From positions 203,236,001-203,300,000 of the forward strand of contig OZ024740.1 in the NCBI GenBank assembly GCA_964016885.1: 64,000 nt of DNA, written 5' to 3'. The notes below the pieces were generated by a model that saw only the letters and a list, made by a program, of their open reading frames with translations, made no database searches and was not told the DNA's origin. The DNA comes from Eledone cirrhosa (lineage: Eukaryota). A program made the position numbers and the translations under genes. Shown here piece after piece: positions 1-12,585 of the stretch (position 1 is its first letter; every line of letters starts with the position of its first letter).

Positions 1-250
1 AGGTCAACTTTGCTTTTTATCCATTCGAGGTTGATAAAAAAAAGTATCAATTTAGTACTGGTGTCGATTCTTCTTCTATATCTCTTTCTCATTTTCATTC
101 TCTCACTCTCTATCCTTCTCCGGAAGAAATCTGCTGTATTCAGACCTGGAGATGAGATTGACTCCACCAGCTTTTAAAATGCCCTAGAATCGTCGTATGA
201 CAATACGGTGCCCTTTACAACTCCTTCAAGAGTTACAGGACCATGCATGA
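1..250 (+). mobile_element. tRNA-derived SINE core (Meta/MESC-like) with long ~180-bp 3' tail, cut by window edge
   Basis: AGGTCAACTTTGC..ATCC..GATAAAA core shared with many copies in the window; the tail aligns by eye with 41087-41270 (+) and 38940-39110 (-). Confidence 0.75.
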
Positions 251-254
251 ATGT

Positions 255-960
255 CCACACAGCTATAAAATGTCTGTAGTAAAATCCTTACTAAGGAGAG
301 CATTTAAATTCTCCTCTACAAACGTAGCAGCAGATGAAGAATCCATAGAATTAAGAAAACATTAATCATTAACGGATATTTGAATAAACAGTTAGAGCAA
401 GCCATATATGAATATTGGCACAAATGTAATACTGCGCATACTTCAGATAAGATAGTTATTAAAAATATACAAACAACACATAATGTATATTATATGAGTC
501 AAATCAAGCTACATATTGGACGAACAAATAATCAAAAGCCTCAATCACAAAATGCATCATGCTAAATCATAAAATAATACTAACATATTACAAAAACTCT
601 AAAAATAAATGATCTTTATTAACAACAAAACACAAGTATACAAACTGGAGAATAACCTACGAATGACTAATGTGATTTACAAATTCGATTGCAAAAATGA
701 AAATTGTAAATTTCATGAAACCAATTGCTTTGCTACATTAGCCTCTCTCGTAACCTGACTATGCATTTACAAGGAACAATTGCTACACACTATAGCATAC
801 ACCACAAAACAAAGCTAGATAAGAGAACATTTACAAACAATACATATGTATTATACAAAATTCCGAACAAAAATAAACGCTTAAACTTGGAAGCGATACG
901 TATTTGCAATTTGGCACCTAGATCAATATCCCAAACAGTTCCAACACGAACAGCATACAT
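255..960 (+). pseudogene. Decayed Penelope-like element, RT thumb to GIY-YIG endonuclease
   Basis: Fragments translate to HSYKMSVVKSLLRRAFKFSS..EE, TNVIYKFDCKNENC, YISL..SRNLTMH and RLNLEAIRI; multiple stops and frameshifts. Confidence 0.75.
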
Positions 961-1163
961 ATATCATAAACACGTTATTTACGACATAAATTTAATGGCC
1001 GAGCTTTAAGGTTCAAATTTTCGATAAGAAAGCCATAGAATACTGGTGAAGAAATACGACATCATAAAATACATACGTCTACGCAGGTGCTAAATCTGGC
1101 GTGTAGAAGCGATGCAATGTTGTTTTTGGCGAGTGATGAGACCTCGTGAAGAATCCAATTCTC

Positions 1164-1195
<32 letters not shown>

Positions 1196-1368
1196 ATAAA
1201 GAGAGAGAGAGGGGTAATATTAGTAACATTTATCTATTATTTCTTAAAACTTACATTTTAAACTTAGTTCCGTTTAAATGATTATTTATCTAGTTAATCT
1301 AGTTAATTTCTACCGACTAAGAAGAAAAATTAGATAAATTTTATTTGACAGTTCTTCAAACTTATAAT

Positions 1369-1436
<68 letters not shown>

Positions 1437-1703
1437 AAAAGATATTGAAAATGCAACTGGAGCCTTTTAAGAATATTTATTTACTTTACTGGTTTCGTAG
1501 TTATAATTTTCCAAAATAAAATTGAAATGTAGGCTTTTTGTTTCAACGTTAAAATAATTGAAAGTATTTCAGTACTTCAGTTGGTCAAAGGGTTTGGTGA
1601 GCCTTCTTATAATCTTATATCATATCAATATCAAGTGACTTGCTGAAATCTAGATGAGATTCTGTATCTAAAGAGCAGATGTTTTCAAAATATTTATTAT
1701 ATA

Positions 1704-2706
1704 CTAGCCGAATTACCCGCGCCTTGCTGCGTTTCACACATTTTTTTTTGTAAGAAAATGATGATTGATTTTAAATCAGTGATATATGGAGAAAAACTCT
1801 GCATTTCAATATTACTCAATGTAAAATGTAATGCATGAAAAATTGGAAAACATTATTTTTTGTAATATATCAAATCAAAATTACATTATTAAATCTTATT
1901 CGTAATTTGTTTCTTGTAAATAATTTTTTTTTAAATATCAATTCAAAACATTTCATTTTTGTGTAAAGCATTATTTTCAAATTAGAAATTCAAAGTTTAA
2001 TTATTTATTTTTCAACATAATAAATACATGAAAATATATTTCATACTTTGTCCTAATGAAGAACTTCAGGCTAAACAACATTTCTTGTCTTTCTTTGATT
2101 GGTTAAAATGTAGAGATTTTTTGAAGTTCCAGTCCTTGAAACAGCCACATAAAACATGCCATGACTGAAAGATGGGTTTGTCAGATCTATACCAATAGTT
2201 TTGAAAGTTTGACCTTGACTCTTATTGGTGCACTGGGAACCTCTTAAATGTAAAAGGCAACTCGCTATCACTTGGTATAATTGGAATCCTCGGAATGAGA
2301 AGAGTTTGACCTTTGTAAGCCCCGAATATAATGGTTGCTTCAATTAAGTTCTCATGCAATCTTGTTACAACACATCTTGTTCCATTTATTCGCCAAAATG
2401 TTCACTATAGGGGGTTTAACCCCCATTGGGGTGTCTTAATATTATTGAAATTTGCTGTTATTTAATATTATTGTCATTTACCTATGGTTTAAATTTCATA
2501 TAAATCGAAGGGAAAAAATTTACAGCGGGAGTTTGTGCCCCCAGAGAACCCTTTGATTAAAATGAAATATACTTATGCAAGTACCCTGGGCAATGTATTT
2601 TCAGAATATATATGGTTATGGGGGTCTATCTCCAAAACCACAGGAGGAGTTCGTGAACAAACAAACAAACAAACAGACAGGAACTACAACTTTATATCTA
2701 TATATT
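1704..2706 (-). mobile_element. Internally deleted Helitron with PIF1-helicase C-terminal remnant
   Basis: Minus-strand 3' end is GC-rich and ends ..GCGCGGGTAATTCGGCTAG|T (CTAG at 1704-1707); ORF 2071-2343 has NKSQGQT..GIDL..FSHGMFYVAVSR (PIF1 motifs V/VI); 5' end ATATAGATATAAAG followed by (GTTT)n as in non-autonomous Helitrons. Confidence 0.8.
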
Positions 2707-3310
2707 GTTTTCTAAATATATGTTTATATGTATAATACAAAACAAAGAAGAGTGTTTATCATTGAAGGCACATTTGTCTTCAAATTGAATTTCAAAACAA
2801 AATAATATGTGTTGGAGACAATTAATGTTTGGTATAAAGACAACAAGCTCATTGCCATATGTAATATCAGGAAGGTGATGTAAAATGTAAGAAGGACATT
2901 TTTTGTTTGGCTAACAATGATGCATATGCTGCAACGACAAACGGATATACATAGGTTTTCTCAGAAGCAATACACACACACACACGCGCGCGCGCGCTCA
3001 TATGCGCATATACAAACATGTCATGTACGTATTTGAATATATACATTTGTTCTTGAAACTACGTAATGCGACAGCTGTAGCCTGGTGATGTCCGTCACCC
3101 CCATATATGTCATTTGTGTAGATTTGGGTGCTCTTATGTTCTGGGTATGGTTTAGAAGGGCGTGATTGGTTTTATTTTATACCGAGTGTAATATGTATCT
3201 GATGGGTAAGGTTTAATACAGGGCTATAGCTTATGTTTTCTTGAATTCGTGGATGGCATTAGTTTCATGTTGATTTGATGTTAGCGCTTAAGTTAAAACA
3301 ATTAACAGTC

Positions 3311-3367
<57 letters not shown>

Positions 3368-3406
3368 ATATATAAATATATATATATATAAATGATATAT
3401 ATATAT

Positions 3407-3437
<31 letters not shown>

Positions 3438-3492
3438 TTTTAAATTTCCGGTTGACTGGTTCAATAACCGGATGGTTTTTAAAAAATATATT

Positions 3493-3535
3493 GTCAAAGC
3501 TCTTTCGTCGCACATTCTCTGACCTCATTAGTGGC
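3493..3535 (-). ncRNA. Degenerate minimal hammerhead ribozyme (PLE type)
   Basis: Minus strand gcca CTAATGA g gtc..gac GAAA GAGC TT tgac; one core mismatch; resembles the motif at 12341. Confidence 0.45.
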
Positions 3536-3590
3536 TGATTTCTTATTTGTCTCTTCTTTGTTCTGTCCTACACCATCTTCTTTCTATATA

Positions 3591-3916
<326 letters not shown>

Positions 3917-3951
3917 AGATAGATAGATTTATAAAGATATATATATACTGT

Positions 3952-3998
<47 letters not shown>

Positions 3999-4002
<4 letters not shown>

Positions 4003-4551
4003 GATAAATCTACCAAGAGTTTACGGTAGTGTCCAATCCGTATGAAGAACTCAATGTAATCCGGATATCATGGAAAGAAGAGATGCAATGAAAAATCACT
4101 TTCGGTGAAAGATAAACGGAATACAGAGTCAAGATAAAATATTAAAAAAATAATGAATAAAACAATGAAACAGTTCCTTATATTAAACAAAAAAAGTTCA
4201 TTATTTAACGATCGTTTCTAGGATATATATGTGTTAGAATTGGCATGCATATTCAACAGATCTATGTACAAAATTATACAAAATTATACAAACTATCAAA
4301 ATTAAATATACATACCAACACATATATATGCCGTCTTCAGAATTCTGAAGACGGCATATATATGTGTTGGTATGTATATTTAATTTTGATAGTTTGTATA
4401 ATTTTGTATAATTTTGTACATAGATCTGTTGAATATGCATGCCAATTCTAACACATATATATCCTAGAAACGATCGTTAAATAATGAACTTTTTTTGTTT
4501 AATATAAGGAACTGTTTCATTGTTTTATTCATTATTTTTTTAATATTTTAT
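3999..4551. mobile_element. Fold-back PLE end 2: spacerless 418-bp palindrome (4134-4551) plus tail, flanked by (TA)n
   Basis: Centre ..GTCTTCAGAA|TTCTGAAGAC..; the ORF track gives identical peptides on both strands; each arm has CTGAAGA-long stem-GAAAC GATC GTT. Confidence 0.9.
4343..4484 (+). ncRNA. Hammerhead-like motif with extended stem II (mirror copy on minus strand, about 4201-4342)
   Basis: CTGAAGA cggc atatatatgtgtt..aacacatatatat ccta GAAAC GATC GT T; palindromic stem III ACGATCGT; stem I truncated by the inversion. Confidence 0.55.
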
Positions 4552-4565
4552 ATATATATATATAT

Positions 4566-5957
4566 GCAAAAGTTCTATTTAAATTGTTGGGATACAACAA
4601 GCAAATATTATTATAACTGATATAAAGCACTCGACAAATATTTGGAGTAGATATACAATATTAATAAATGGAAACTATATTTATAAAACCATATTTATTT
4701 CATTATATATATTTCAAGGATACCAGGTAAAATCATGGTATGCCTTCATCAGACAAAATACAATATATAACAGTTTTACAAATAGATATTGACGTACCCT
4801 TTCAAAAAGGTGACCGGTGCTTTTGGAGGCCATCCGGATAGTGGTTTGTTTACTTTAGTAAGTCATAGTGTTAAGAGTAAGTAAAAAGAGTAAGTACGGC
4901 TTATGTATCTATATGTGTGTGTTGACATACATATACATGTGTTATATGTTTTTTTTTGTGATTATATGTCTGTCTGTATATATGCATGAGTGACGCGTGT
5001 ATACCAATTGAAGATGCACACACATATCTATTCATGTATAGCTAAGAATTATGGGTGTGAATGTACAGGCTTACACATGCAGCTTTTGATTGCAGATATG
5101 CATAATTTAACAGCCATAAATGCAGAAAAGTTAATCCTATATATTTATATATATATACTAAAATGTGTTAATTAATAACACAGGGAATGTATAGCAATAG
5201 ATAAAAAATCACTTATGCTTTGTATGTATACATTATGTGCGGGAGTAGATATAATGTGTATTTTCTGAGTGAGTGAGTATATATATATATTTATGTATCT
5301 TTGCCTATGTATATGTGATATACGATAGATAATCTCTCTAGCAATATATATATTTTATAATGTTAAATTCCAATTTTTAATATATTGATCTCAATTTTTA
5401 AACTAAATATATAATCATAATTAAACAATGTGTAATTTCTCATATTATATATCTATATTCCATTCACGAATATTAATATTTCTAATTTTATTTATTCATT
5501 TCATCTCAATTGTTAACTCAACTTTATATGACATAACTTAAGGTTTTCGTTCTCTCCCCCCCTCTATCTATCTCTACATATCTCTCTCTTGAGTTCTTTC
5601 TCTGTCTGATGTTTTGATATCTCCCCGTTATTTTTCCTCTGTTCTCTTTTCTTTTTGCTTTCTTCTTTTTCTTTATCTATCTTTCCCTTTCTTTTCTCCA
5701 CGTTTCTCTCTCTCTCCATCTTTTTACTTACTCTTAACACTATGACTTACTAAAGTAAACAAACCACTATCCGGATGGCCTCCAAAAGCACTGGTCACCT
5801 TTTTGAAAGGGTACGTCAATATGTATTTGTAAAACTGTTATATATTGTATTTTGTCTGATGAAGGCATACCATGATTTTACCTGGTATCCTTGAAATATA
5901 TATAATGAAATAAATATGGTTTTATAAATATAGTTTCCATTTATTAATATTGTATAT
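4566..5957 (-). mobile_element. Fold-back PLE derivative 3: 239-bp inverted arms (4651-4889 and 5719-5957), ~830-bp spacer, tail 4566-4650
   Basis: Two mismatches found between arms by eye; both outer ends abut (TA)n; each arm carries a hammerhead motif. Confidence 0.85.
5848..5912 (+). ncRNA. Type I hammerhead ribozyme candidate (mirror copy 4696-4760, minus strand)
   Basis: tattttgt CTGATGA aggcatacca..tggtatcctt GAA ATATATAT A atgaaata: intact core, stem II, palindromic stem III, 8-bp stem I with G-U pairs. Confidence 0.65.
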
Positions 5958-5973
5958 ATATATATATATATAG

Positions 5974-6044
<71 letters not shown>

Positions 6045-6049
<5 letters not shown>

Positions 6050-6330
6050 TAAAAAAAACGAAAAATCAGTGATGCATCTGGACTCAGTGAGAAAATTTGG
6101 TCCAAAAGAATTGCATGTGTCCGAAGGAACCTGCAGCCGTAGAATCAGCCAGGTCCATACAGTGATCATGTCTCGAGCTACCTGCCGGCGAAACAATTGT
6201 AACACGCAATAAACTGAGTTCAGATGCATCATTGATTTTTCGTTTTTTTATACTATTCACACTCTGCTCTGGAAGAATATTGAGTGCTAATTTTGGCATA
6301 CCGCCTGTGGAAGCACCATAGCTACCATTA
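6045..6330 (+). mobile_element. Fold-back PLE end 4: ~43-bp inverted arms (6045-6088 and 6213-6255) plus tail
   Basis: Arms differ by 2 substitutions and 1 indel; spacer has degenerate GTGATCA tgtc..ggc GAAAC AATT GTA followed by AATAAA; abuts (TA)n. Confidence 0.7.
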
Positions 6331-6337
6331 TACACAC

Positions 6338-6493
<156 letters not shown>

Positions 6494-7453
6494 CGAATAT
6501 GGTTATACGGAATTTGCAGCTGCAACTTGGACATATAGCACATCGCGGTCTGGAATTTTAAGCGTGTGAGGATTTTTGATGTGTAACATCAGCCTGTAAC
6601 ACATGTTACTATATGTGCTGATATGTTTTGGTGAGCATATGAATGCGACTGGATTACATTTTACGGACGATCTACATACGTTGTATATTCTAAGACTGGA
6701 TTACCATCTACGGACGATCTACTTATATTATAACTCCTCGCCAATCGGGGCATATGAAACCGATTGGATTAACTTCTACGGTGGATATACATATGTTGTG
6801 ACTCCTCGCCAGATGTGCCTTATACAGGGACTAAACCATATTTGTTGTGTATTACTTGCTTCTGCTTGATCTTGCATTAACCCCGCTTTGTCTGTGTTTG
6901 GTTTGTATTGATGTGGTGCCTGTCTATGTGCAGGTTTAGCACCCCGGCTCAACGTAATTCCGTAACCTACTAGTATACCCTGATTATGTATACTATGGGG
7001 AGGAATAAAATCCCCTTTGGACTTTCTGAAGGTACCTTAGGGGTCTCTTAGTATTTTTATAACTCTAAGTTATGGGAAACTAAATCACCTGTTATATATA
7101 GTGACTAATGCATAACTTCCTCTGGCTTTTGTGTGCTTTAATTTTCTAATTATTTTTTTTAATTATTTATTTATCTTTTTATATTATTATTTTTCTTTTA
7201 CTTTATTATTATTATATTTTTTAACTATCGTTAAATGCTTTATTTGTTTCTGTGTGACCTCACGTGCCTCCGTCTCTTGTGAGAATATCTGTCTATATCC
7301 TCATATGTAGCTGTAATGTTGAATAACAACCCCATTACGCATTCTCTCCATCCTTTCCATTTCCGATCTCCCTCTTATTATCCTGTACTGTATATCTAAT
7401 GTTCGTGTGACTAAGCTTGGTAGAATACTCAGCACTGTATTTTTGTTTATAAA

Positions 7454-7498
7454 GCTCTGATGATTCCTGCCCCATGGTATGGATGAAACACTGTCAGC
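7454..7498 (+). ncRNA. Minimal type I hammerhead ribozyme candidate at the 3' end of a non-coding PLE-like insert (~6494-7545)
   Basis: gct CTGATGA ttcctgcc..ggtatggat GAAAC ACT GTC agc, then AATAAA, with (TA)n ~45 bp later; canonical GUC cleavage triplet. Confidence 0.7.
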
Positions 7499-7689
7499 AA
7501 ATAAAAATTGTATGAGTATGTAGGCGTTCTTTGATTTCTTTTACATATATATATTTATAGGCATATATACGACGGGCTTGTCCACAATTTCCGTCTACCA
7601 AATTCCACTCACAGGACTATAATGCCCTGTAATGGGCCATGACCAGTGCCCTTCCCTTCATTACTAAACAACAACAAATATAATTATAG

Positions 7690-7870
7690 ACATTTAGATC
7701 GGAGAGGAAGAGGGAATATATGATTAAATCAATTCTGGCACTTGACTAGTACTTATTGTCTTATAGACGGATTAAAGTTTTTATTGATATCGGCAGGATT
7801 CGAACTCACAATGTAAGAGGACGCAAACCAAATACCAAAGAGCATTTGTACCGCCGTTCTATCAATTTTA
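7690..7870 (-). mobile_element. Old tRNA-derived SINE copy
   Basis: Reverse B-box GGATTCGAACTC and diverged core. Confidence 0.55.
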
Positions 7871-8082
7871 CCAGAGGTATGGATTTTTAACACATTGACA
7901 TAAAACTGGGGGGGGGGGGTGTCAATTGTATCATATATATGATACTGGGATAAGCTGCGGCCTGATGACACACTAAGCTTGAGAAAGAGTTTAATGTATC
8001 GCTCAGACAATGGTGTAGTGTTTGCCCCCTCTCCATGCTCTTTTTTTTCATTAATTATTTTCTTTCCAGCTTTGTCTCTCTC

Positions 8083-8141
<59 letters not shown>

Positions 8142-8644
8142 CACTCTCTCTCGCTCTCGCTTTCTCACTCTCTCTTTTCTTAATTAGAAATAATATATCC
8201 AATTAAATATGAAATTGCGAAACAATAAATCTGTTCCTGGTTTAAAATGTCAAGTAAAATCTCGTGCTGATATCTTTAATAACTGAAATTAAACTATTAA
8301 CTTAATTAAAAGTGGTTATAATGGGACATAACATATTTGTATTTAACAGAAGAGATAAAGCATGTAATGGCAAAATCTATTGTTTGTTAATTAAATTAAA
8401 AGTTTACTGGAATCCATCTTTGTATCAATCAGTAGCTTCTAAATAATAGTAATTAATTAGAGCTAATTACTACGATAGGTTCCTAATTTTCTTATGTCAA
8501 AGATGTTATTGCATTTTACTGTTGTTGTTGTCCTTTAAACAGTAGTGGTCGTGCAGACCTATGATGTAAGCTTCATGGGTTCTTTTATCAAAGACAATAT
8601 GAACATTTAGCAGCTATTTCTAGTAGGTCTCATGTGTTTAAGAT

Positions 8645-8910
8645 TAAAGTCAACTGGTGTCTCGAATCAATTGGTGGTTCATGTTAATTGGCGTCTCAAG
8701 TCAACTGATATCTTAAGTCAACTGGTAGTTGAAACCAGTTGGTGTTTCAAGTCAATTGGTGGTTCAAATCATTAGGTGGCTCACGTCAATTGGTGTCAAA
8801 ATCAACTGGTGTTTCATGTCAACTGGTGTCTCAAATCAATTGGTGCCTCGAATTAACTGGTGTCTCAGTAAACTGCTGGTTCATTTCAACTGGCGTCTCA
8901 AATTAATTGT
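8645..8910. repeat. Degenerate ~17-19-bp tandem repeat (TCAACTGGTGTCTCAAG-like)
   Basis: About 14 diverged units of TCAAYTGGTG. Confidence 0.75.
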
Positions 8911-8969
8911 ACACAAACATATATATATATATGTATGTATATATATATATGTGTGCGCGCACGTGCGTG

Positions 8970-9044
<75 letters not shown>

Positions 9045-9543
9045 GATGTCCCGTAAACAAGCGTTTTTTTTTTTTAAAGTTAAGTACTGAGGTTGCTATG
9101 AGCGACTAAAATCCCTTCAAGGATCAAAACCCCAGCATAATCACAATCTAATGGTTGAAGTCTGTATAAGAATAAAAGAATACAAGAATGTGTCTGGCAG
9201 CTAAGTTTATATCGACTGAAACTGCACTGAACTCATTGACATCCCCGTGTACATTTATACGATATTTCGAACTGAAATTACTTAAATTTCCCAGGGGCAC
9301 AAACTCACACACATACAAAACACACACACATACCCAAACACACACATAATGCACACACTCACACACACAATAACTAATACTTTTTAAAAATGACTGACTT
9401 GGCGTCTACTTTATTACTTCATACTTAATAAACCAGAAATAGTTATCTTACATCAATGTACATGATTTCATTTCGGTCATTTTGAGATCTTCTCTGCGGG
9501 GCTTTCTTATATTTTTGCATTGATACCATTGTACGCGCACACG

Positions 9544-9645
<102 letters not shown>

Positions 9646-9946
9646 GCATATGCATATGTATATGTATGTGCATATATATACGATATATATGCATATATAT
9701 ATATACGTATGTATAAATATATAAATATATATATAAATATTAATAATATAAATAATAATACATATGTTCATACATATACATATATCATATATGTATAAAT
9801 AATAATACATACATACTTGTATACATATATATATATATGTATAAATATATACGTACAAATAGACATATACATATACATCTATATATAAGGGAATATATAT
9901 ATATACATATATATGGGTGTGTATATATATATATACGTATGCATAC

Positions 9947-10008
<62 letters not shown>

Positions 10009-10238
10009 ACACACGCTTACATATATATTATGGTTTATTCTTACGTTTTACATAAAATGCATCCTCGATATAATTAAGTATGCTATAAATATCTTTGTTT
10101 TTCATTTTCCTTTTTTTTTAAATTGCCGACCTTTTTCGTTAGTGCAATAACAAACTAGGTCTAAACGACATTTTCTGAAGAAATCTTTAGTTATATCATC
10201 ATTTCCGGTCTTTTGGACAGGTTTAGATAAATAGGAAT

Positions 10239-10284
<46 letters not shown>

Positions 10285-10311
10285 CATGTACATATATATA
10301 TGTATGTATGC

Positions 10312-10393
<82 letters not shown>

Positions 10394-10398
<5 letters not shown>

Positions 10399-10491
10399 CT
10401 GTTATTTTAATAAATATTTGCTCTACGGTTCTTATATATTTTATATATATTTATCCTTATCGAGCCCTCTTTGGATTTTAGTCTTCTAATT

Positions 10492-10497
<6 letters not shown>
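10394..10497 (+). mobile_element. Short 3'-end copy of the element at 13431-14400, in inverted orientation, flanked by (TA)n
   Basis: ~100 bp near-identical reverse complement of 13437-13539. Confidence 0.8.
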
Positions 10498-10538
<41 letters not shown>

Positions 10539-10645
10539 GTATCAATTATGTAATTCATAATATCCCGTCATAAAGCCATTATGTAATAATTTTCTATGTT
10601 GTCAGCTCAAGCACAGTAAACATATGAACCTTGTTAATATAGAAT

Positions 10646-10806
10646 AGGCATGCGCAACCTTTTTCGAACAGTGGGCCTCGTAGGATGTGGCTCATCATAA
10701 GGCTGGCCGCACTAAACATTTCATGGCAATTTTGAAATTAGGCATGCTGTTCAGAAAGCAAAACGCACTGCATGCGGCTCGCGGGTCACAGTTTGCTCAT
10801 GATTCA
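10646..10806. mobile_element. hAT-type MITE remnant
   Basis: Ends AGGCATGCGCAACCT.. and ..TGCGGCTCGCGGGTCACAGTTTGCTCATG resemble hAT TIR and subterminal motifs. Confidence 0.55.
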
Positions 10807-11001
10807 TATAGATTTGGGGCGTGTCCGTATCAACTATTCGTTCCTTATCATTTTTTAATGGGTCAAATCCCCCTCATGATTTCACCCATTAAGAGAATAT
10901 CATAAAAGTAAGTTTAATATTATATCGTAGACGATATCAATATAGTTATAAGAACACCCCCACAAGAGAGCACTAACAAATATGATTTAGAACGTAGCAC
11001 A

Positions 11002-12030
11002 ATGGAAAGCATCCAGCAGATAGCTAATTCCATACACCAGAGTATAACTGTAACTATCGACTACTCTTCCAAACACCCTAACAATAGACTACCTGTATTA
11101 GACACGGAACTCTGGATTAACACTATAGACGAAAGAGCCCAAATTCTCCACTCACACTTTGCTAAACCCATGGCCTCCAAATACCTGATACTCAAAAACT
11201 CAGCAATGTCCAGTAGTGCTAAGTTTAATATTCTGATCGCAGACTTAGTACGAGTGATGAAGAACGTGTCCCGCATGTGCGATCCAACAGAAATGGAAAG
11301 ACACATCCAACACTTCATCAACCGCATGCAGTTCTCTCGCTACAACCAAAGAGACAGAATCAGAGTATACGAAGGAGCCACGGAAAAGTATAAGACCCTC
11401 ATAGAACTGGACATGAAAGGAATTTGCCCATTATACAGGAGCAAATCATGGAATAGCTTAGATAGGACTATACATAAGATAGGGAAAACCACCTCATGGT
11501 ACGACAACCAGAGATACCAGAGTGTCATGTTTGTGGACGCTACCCCTGGAGGGAAATTAGCTAACCAGTGTAGAAAGGCCCTGAGAAAGACCCACTTAAA
11601 GATTAAGGTGGTAGAAAAGCCAGGAACCACCATAAAATCCCTGATCAGCAAAACCTACCCTTTTAAGAAAACCCACTGTACTAATAGGAAATGTATTATA
11701 TGTAAGGTAAACCCCCGGATAAACTGTAAAACTAGAAATGTAGTCTATAGCATAAGATGTACAGAGGTTACTTGCAGAAACATGACAACAACATACATAG
11801 GCGAGACAGCTCGTAGCATAGGTGAAAGGATAGACCAACACTGGGGGGAACTAAAAGGCCGAAAAAACGGTTCAGTACTATACGAACACGCCAGACAACA
11901 ACACGACGGTAACATAGACAACATAGAAATTAGAATAATATCTAAACATAGAAATGACCCAGCAGATAGGCAAATCAGAGAGGCCAGTGAATTAGAACTT
12001 AGAAGGCCAAGGCTAAACAGAAAAAAATGA
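11002..12030 (+). CDS. PLE polyprotein fragment (RT C-terminus/thumb, Zn-finger linker, GIY-YIG endonuclease); open frame extends upstream to 10918
   Basis: 342-aa uninterrupted ORF; the stop falls after an A7 run where loss of one A would restore LNRKNEW. Confidence 0.85.
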   Translation: MESIQQIANSIHQSITVTIDYSSKHPNNRLPVLDTELWINTIDERAQILHSHFAKPMASKYLILKNSAMSSSAKFNILIADLVRVMKNVSRMCDPTEMERHIQHFINRMQFSRYNQRDRIRVYEGATEKYKTLIELDMKGICPLYRSKSWNSLDRTIHKIGKTTSWYDNQRYQSVMFVDATPGGKLANQCRKALRKTHLKIKVVEKPGTTIKSLISKTYPFKKTHCTNRKCIICKVNPRINCKTRNVVYSIRCTEVTCRNMTTTYIGETARSIGERIDQHWGELKGRKNGSVLYEHARQQHDGNIDNIEIRIISKHRNDPADRQIREASELELRRPRLNRKK

Positions 12031-12340
12031 ATGGAATAACAACACCCAAACAAACAACACTGACCTAAGAGAAGTATAAATAAATAAATAAATAGATAAA
12101 TAAATAAATACATACACAAGCACAATATAAACAAACACATATAAACACACACTAGTAAAGATAGAATACATTAACCAATACACAGTCACCTAATCACGAA
12201 CACACATCAAACAAAACACTATACACACACGCAAACGCATGCGCAAAGAAGACAAAAAAAATAAACAAATAAATAAATATATAAATAGACTAAATAAAGA
12301 TGGCGTAGAAAATACAATGCAACGGGAGGAAACAATAGCA

Positions 12341-12381
12341 CCACTGACGATGTTGCAGATGTGCAACGAAAGAACTTTGAT
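12341..12381 (+). ncRNA. Minimal hammerhead ribozyme motif in the Naiad-like 3' pLTR
   Basis: cca CTGACGA t gttgca gatg tgcaac GAAA GAAC TT tga: intact core and 6-bp stem II, weak stems I and III. Confidence 0.6.
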
Positions 12382-12585
12382 AAACTATATATATGTGTTT
12401 GTGTCTATATTATATCTGTATTTTTTACCGTTGGTCAGTCAATGGCAACATTGAGGACCGAATAAATTAAATTACCGATATAAAAGACACAGAGGCGAAA
12501 AGCGAAAACCAACCAAACAGTGAGTGTGTTCTGTTATTAATTCTGGCAATATTACACAAATATGACCCTCCCCTATATATATATA

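Larger units (their letters stand above)
10924..12575 (+). mobile_element. 5'-truncated Penelope-like retroelement, Naiad-like clade
   Basis: Frame begins at the VDD catalytic motif (10927); LPVLD, KPMAS, PLYRSKSW, FVDATPGG, CxxxxCxxC linker, NVVYSIRC..YIGETARS..ER..QH (GIY-YIG); 3' hammerhead motif; ends in (TA)n. Confidence 0.9.

Noticed and set aside
4234-4451. Identical 68-aa ORFs on both strands
   Set aside because: Consequence of the palindrome, not genes
9460-9500. Further hammerhead-like traces (also ~1485-1585 and 10125-10180)
   Set aside because: Core too degenerate to support
12028-12030. Terminal TGA of the Naiad-like ORF as selenocysteine
   Set aside because: Read-through stops two codons later; a one-base homopolymer frameshift explains it better
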